Below the pieces are notes generated by a model that saw nothing but the letters and a program-made list of their open reading frames with translations, did no database searches and had not been told where the DNA came from. The translations under genes and the position numbers were made by a program. From the NCBI GenBank assembly GCA_965369655.1, contig CBDUQR010000008.1:1-64000 (forward strand): 64,000 nucleotides of DNA. Reading direction: 5' to 3'. This document shows, in pieces, positions 60,595 to 64,000 of this stretch. Position 1 is the stretch's first letter. Every line of letters starts with the position of its first letter. Source of the stretch: an uncultured bacterium (lineage in GTDB: Bacteria; Zixibacteria; MSB-5A5; JAABVY01; JAHJOQ01).

Positions 60595-61773
60595 ATGTTA
60601 CAAGAACTGAAAGTGGACAACTTCCTATCTTGGATAAACCTTAGTTTCAAACCGAGTTCAGAGAATCTGATTGTTGGCTTGAACAATACTGGCAAGACCA
60701 ATCTCTGTAGAATCATGCAGTTTCTTTCGCTTACCGCGGCCCTCAACCTGAATGATTGCGCGTCGGCAATTGGAATACCTATTTTCAACTTTCAAAACTT
60801 CTCATTCAAGGAGGCTACCACTACTGATTTCTATGTTCGTGCCTCTATTCCATTCCGAGACGAAGAAGCTGTCTTTGAATACAATTTGACTATCAGTTCC
60901 AGAGAGCAAAGTTCGTCTCTGCCCATCCTGGAAGTCAGCAGTGAGGAACTTCGTGTATCTTGCGAGGGATTTACTGATGCAATTCTTCTCGAGAATAAGC
61001 TCTCGAAAGTCCGACTCCTGCATGAGGGTGAGGCGGAGCGCGGAAACATGAGGTATTTCGAGACCACAGCTCCACCTGAAATGACTATGCTCAACAGGCT
61101 TTATGACCCTCAGACCAACCCGCGGGCAAACTGCTTCAAAGACTATCTGAGAATGTGGCAGTACTACAATCTGTCCGATGCCAACATGCGAAATCAGTTG
61201 TACGTACCCAATCAACAACTACTTAGTCCCGACGGAAGCAATCTCTCCTCCGTCATCCACGATCTCAAGAAGGCTGACGAAAGAACATATCGACAGTTAC
61301 TTGAAGCCATGAGGTCGATTGAGCCAAATTTCGATGTCATCAATTTTTTCGGGGGAGGCGCCGAACGACAAATTTCCATGTATTTCGCGACTTCCGACCG
61401 CAAGAACATACCGGCGTGGACCGCTTCTGGGGGTACACTCCGCTATCTAGCTTTGGCTTACATACTGATTGCGCAGCCAGCTCTGCAAGTCAGACCACTG
61501 ATGATTATTGAAGAACCTGAAAACGGCATATATGTTGGCTTGTTGAAAAATCTATTGAGGATGGCTGAATTGGCTCCTTCCAGGCCACAGATCATTTTCA
61601 CTTCCCATTCCCCTTATGTAATTGACCTTTTTGAAAAACACTTGGATGGTATATTCGTTACTAAGAAGAAACAGCACAGTTCCAGCATTGGACCGATTGA
61701 CAAAGACAAGATAGCCAAGAGACTTGAAGACTTCCCACTTGGTGAATTGCACTTCAGGGACATGCTGGCATGA
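60595..61773 (+). CDS. ABC/SMC-like ATPase (AAA_15/AAA_21 type)
   Basis: GLNNTGKT; SGGTLR; IIEEPENGI; TSHSP. Start placed at ATG 60595 after GAGGT. Confidence 0.88.
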   Translation: MLQELKVDNFLSWINLSFKPSSENLIVGLNNTGKTNLCRIMQFLSLTAALNLNDCASAIGIPIFNFQNFSFKEATTTDFYVRASIPFRDEEAVFEYNLTISSREQSSSLPILEVSSEELRVSCEGFTDAILLENKLSKVRLLHEGEAERGNMRYFETTAPPEMTMLNRLYDPQTNPRANCFKDYLRMWQYYNLSDANMRNQLYVPNQQLLSPDGSNLSSVIHDLKKADERTYRQLLEAMRSIEPNFDVINFFGGGAERQISMYFATSDRKNIPAWTASGGTLRYLALAYILIAQPALQVRPLMIIEEPENGIYVGLLKNLLRMAELAPSRPQIIFTSHSPYVIDLFEKHLDGIFVTKKKQHSSSIGPIDKDKIAKRLEDFPLGELHFRDMLA

Positions 61774-62366
61774 AGATCGGATACTACGTCGAAGGTGATG
61801 CCGACAAAGCCTTTGTTGAAGGTGTGACGCAGAAATATTGTTCAGGAGCAACTCTTACTCAGGCGAAGTTCCGGGGACGCTCTATTACAAAACGCCTAAA
61901 AAAGGAACTGAGAAAAGCACTACTTGAATTGTCGGAGAAGCATCAATGCGAGTACTTCGTAGTTCTTGTTGATGCTAACAATCAGAAATGGCGGGACGTA
62001 AAGAAGAACGAATGGGTGAAAGTCCCTGAGGAATTCGAGCACATGACGGTTTACGGAGTCGCGGAAAGAAATATTGAATGCTGGCTCGCAATCGATCGTG
62101 ACAGTCTGGCGAAAGAACTGGACTGCTCCACCAATGAAATTCCGAAAGATGACCCCTCGGATTTCATTAAGAGCAAGTTCCGCGTGACAGAAAGCGGGCT
62201 TATCGATAAAGGAGAATCCGAGCGCATACGGAATTTCGTGGCCGCAGCAGACTTCCGCACTTGGATCAAACGCTCCGAGTCGTTTAAGGATTTCTGGAAA
62301 CAGATATACGACAAGGGTAAGGATCACAACGACTGCATCCCCAACGAACAACAGAATCCAGACTGA
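61770..62366 (+). CDS. TOPRIM-like (DUF4276/RloB-like) protein
   Basis: YVEGDAD; VLVDAN; RNIECWL; ATGA overlap with the ATPase. Confidence 0.7.
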   Translation: MKIGYYVEGDADKAFVEGVTQKYCSGATLTQAKFRGRSITKRLKKELRKALLELSEKHQCEYFVVLVDANNQKWRDVKKNEWVKVPEEFEHMTVYGVAERNIECWLAIDRDSLAKELDCSTNEIPKDDPSDFIKSKFRVTESGLIDKGESERIRNFVAAADFRTWIKRSESFKDFWKQIYDKGKDHNDCIPNEQQNPD

Positions 62367-62393
62367 TCAGTAACAGTAGTTTAAATACCGTTC

Positions 62394-64000
62394 TCACACA
62401 TTCCAGAACGTCGATTGGTCTTCGGTGGGCATTGTTGTGCGGACCCAGTCGTATGACGGCCAGCGTTCGATCTGTTCGCCCTTGCGGTTGACTTCTATCG
62501 CCAACTGCGCGCGGAATTCATCATCGAATTCAATGTCTGCGCGAGGAATCGCCAGTTCGATGACTTTCCTTACACCAACTTCTCCATGAAACTCGGATCG
62601 CTGACAGGTATCACTCTTATCATCTTTGACGAACATCTGTACATCAGAGCCGCGTAGATCGAACGCGTAGTCCTTGACTGTCTGAAGTACGCACCGAAAC
62701 TCGAATTCAGCAGCGGATTCGTCTTCCGCGCTTGTGAACAGATCGAGTCTGATATAGATATTGTCGTCGTCGAAACCGAAGTGGAATGCCCGCAGCACAT
62801 TCACGGCTCTGTGCATAGCCGACCCGGCTTTCATACAATCGAAAATGCCTGCGTCATGCCACTCGTAGAAACTTGTAACAAGTCCATCAATCACAGGCGA
62901 AATCAACCCGAGTGGCTGCTCGATTCCACTTACGCCACGTATACCGCGTATCGGTTTCAGGAGATTATCCGGCGGAGTCTTCCCGATCATACGATAGACT
63001 GCGCTCAAATGAGACCTGAACAGCCTGTCGAACACGTCGTCTTGCGCAGATGAATGCTCATCGCCGTACCACCAGCACCAGTCCGATCCTTCCGCGATAT
63101 ATATCTCTTTCCACGCTTGATTGATGACTTCAGGATCGGCGTCCGAGTCGGTTCGCTCATGGTCGACAAGAGCATTGCGCGCCGCTGAGAGCAGGTCCCA
63201 TGCCTTATTGTCCTCTTCATGGCCGATCCATACTCTGAAATTATGATTGATCCACGAACCGGCGAAGAGCCGAGGGATATTCTCCAGCGAATCGGTGTCA
63301 GCGAACGCCTCAGAGGCAGTGATAGTCTCGATCGAATCGTCGTGAACGAGGCGTGAATAGAGTTCTCTTAAGAAATCCGCACCGTCATTCGAATAATACT
63401 CCCAGGCATTCTCGCCATCGAGTATGATCGAAACCACCGCGCGTTCGAGTTCATCAGGCTGCAACGAGTCTCGCACCGCATGCAGACTCCTGATGAAATC
63501 ATTGGCGGCATCGTCCGCATCCCAGCCTGAATAGACAAAACCGATTTTGTCTGACAGCGTGTGATCGCGAAACAGGATGCCGATCTCCTGCTTGTCTCTT
63601 CGCAACACGTACGGTTGATGGAAAGAAAGATTATTTCCCCGACTCATATCACACTCAGCCCAGACCTCATCGTCTGTCGCGATCCATTTGATTCCGTATT
63701 CGGCGAGGATCGGAATCAACGGCTCCGCAACCGATCCCTCCGATGGCCACATCCCGCGCAGGTCACACCCAAACAGTTCGCGATACATCTCACAGGACAT
63801 CTCGATCTGCTTGCGAGCATCTTCCGGATGAGAAAACCTCTCGTTCGGTAACTGCATGTGTGGAAGCGCCTCTTTCGCCAGATCGGTATCGATGAGCAGC
63901 GGCAGAATCGGATGGAAGTACGGCGAAAACGAGACCTCTGCCTGGCCGCGCTCCTGAGCGTCCCTGTGAGCCGGAATAATCTGCGCAAGAATCTTCTTCT
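62394..64000 (-). CDS. Glycoside hydrolase family 57, 5' partial
   Basis: Frame is open to the window end; SPYFHPILPL, WPSEG, LDGENAWE, AEGSDW. Confidence 0.92.
   Translation of the reverse strand, partial: KKILAQIIPAHRDAQERGQAEVSFSPYFHPILPLLIDTDLAKEALPHMQLPNERFSHPEDARKQIEMSCEMYRELFGCDLRGMWPSEGSVAEPLIPILAEYGIKWIATDDEVWAECDMSRGNNLSFHQPYVLRRDKQEIGILFRDHTLSDKIGFVYSGWDADDAANDFIRSLHAVRDSLQPDELERAVVSIILDGENAWEYYSNDGADFLRELYSRLVHDDSIETITASEAFADTDSLENIPRLFAGSWINHNFRVWIGHEEDNKAWDLLSAARNALVDHERTDSDADPEVINQAWKEIYIAEGSDWCWWYGDEHSSAQDDVFDRLFRSHLSAVYRMIGKTPPDNLLKPIRGIRGVSGIEQPLGLISPVIDGLVTSFYEWHDAGIFDCMKAGSAMHRAVNVLRAFHFGFDDDNIYIRLDLFTSAEDESAAEFEFRCVLQTVKDYAFDLRGSDVQMFVKDDKSDTCQRSEFHGEVGVRKVIELAIPRADIEFDDEFRAQLAIEVNRKGEQIERWPSYDWVRTTMPTEDQSTFWNV

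Noticed and set aside
1-64000. CRISPR array, rRNA, prophage, retron or DGR
   Set aside because: No repeat-spacer periodicity, rRNA motifs, phage structural genes or reverse transcriptase seen; the tandem repeats are in-frame coding TPR units.

Overview
Bacterial chromosomal segment. Repeated C-terminal dockerin modules (GDADxSGGVDIDDVVYLINYIFxGG) and PorU/PorV type IX secretion genes suggest an FCB-group organism, probably Zixibacteria (inference). Housekeeping genes include a eukaryote-type citrate synthase, mutS2, rlmN, der, a DUF512 protein, tRNA-Gly(CCC), tryptophanase, asparaginase II and a partial GH57. A cobalamin riboswitch precedes a TonB receptor and a beta-propeller-dockerin protein. 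A ~30 kb minus-strand cluster runs from porU and porV to moxR and batA-E. The most unusual element is an intact 2,468-bp IS1-family element (19-bp perfect TIRs, 8-bp TSD). It carries a KGG-motif basic protein, a coiled-coil/HARE-HTH protein, a small ORF, repeated palindromic operators, apparently leaderless promoters and a hairpin-rich non-coding block. That block contains a 72-nt tRNA-like RNA (G3-U70 alanine acceptor, UUG anticodon-like loop) and a second CCA-ended microhelix. Other points of interest: a PorV with a ~720-aa LysM/propeller insertion, a candidate sigma54-driven sRNA, a second candidate structured RNA, a Lys-rich tail behind an in-frame TGA, putative defence genes (SEFIR/TIR; ABC ATPase plus TOPRIM-like partner), and two families of REP/MITE-like repeats. 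All calls come from visual motif recognition; no searches were run.
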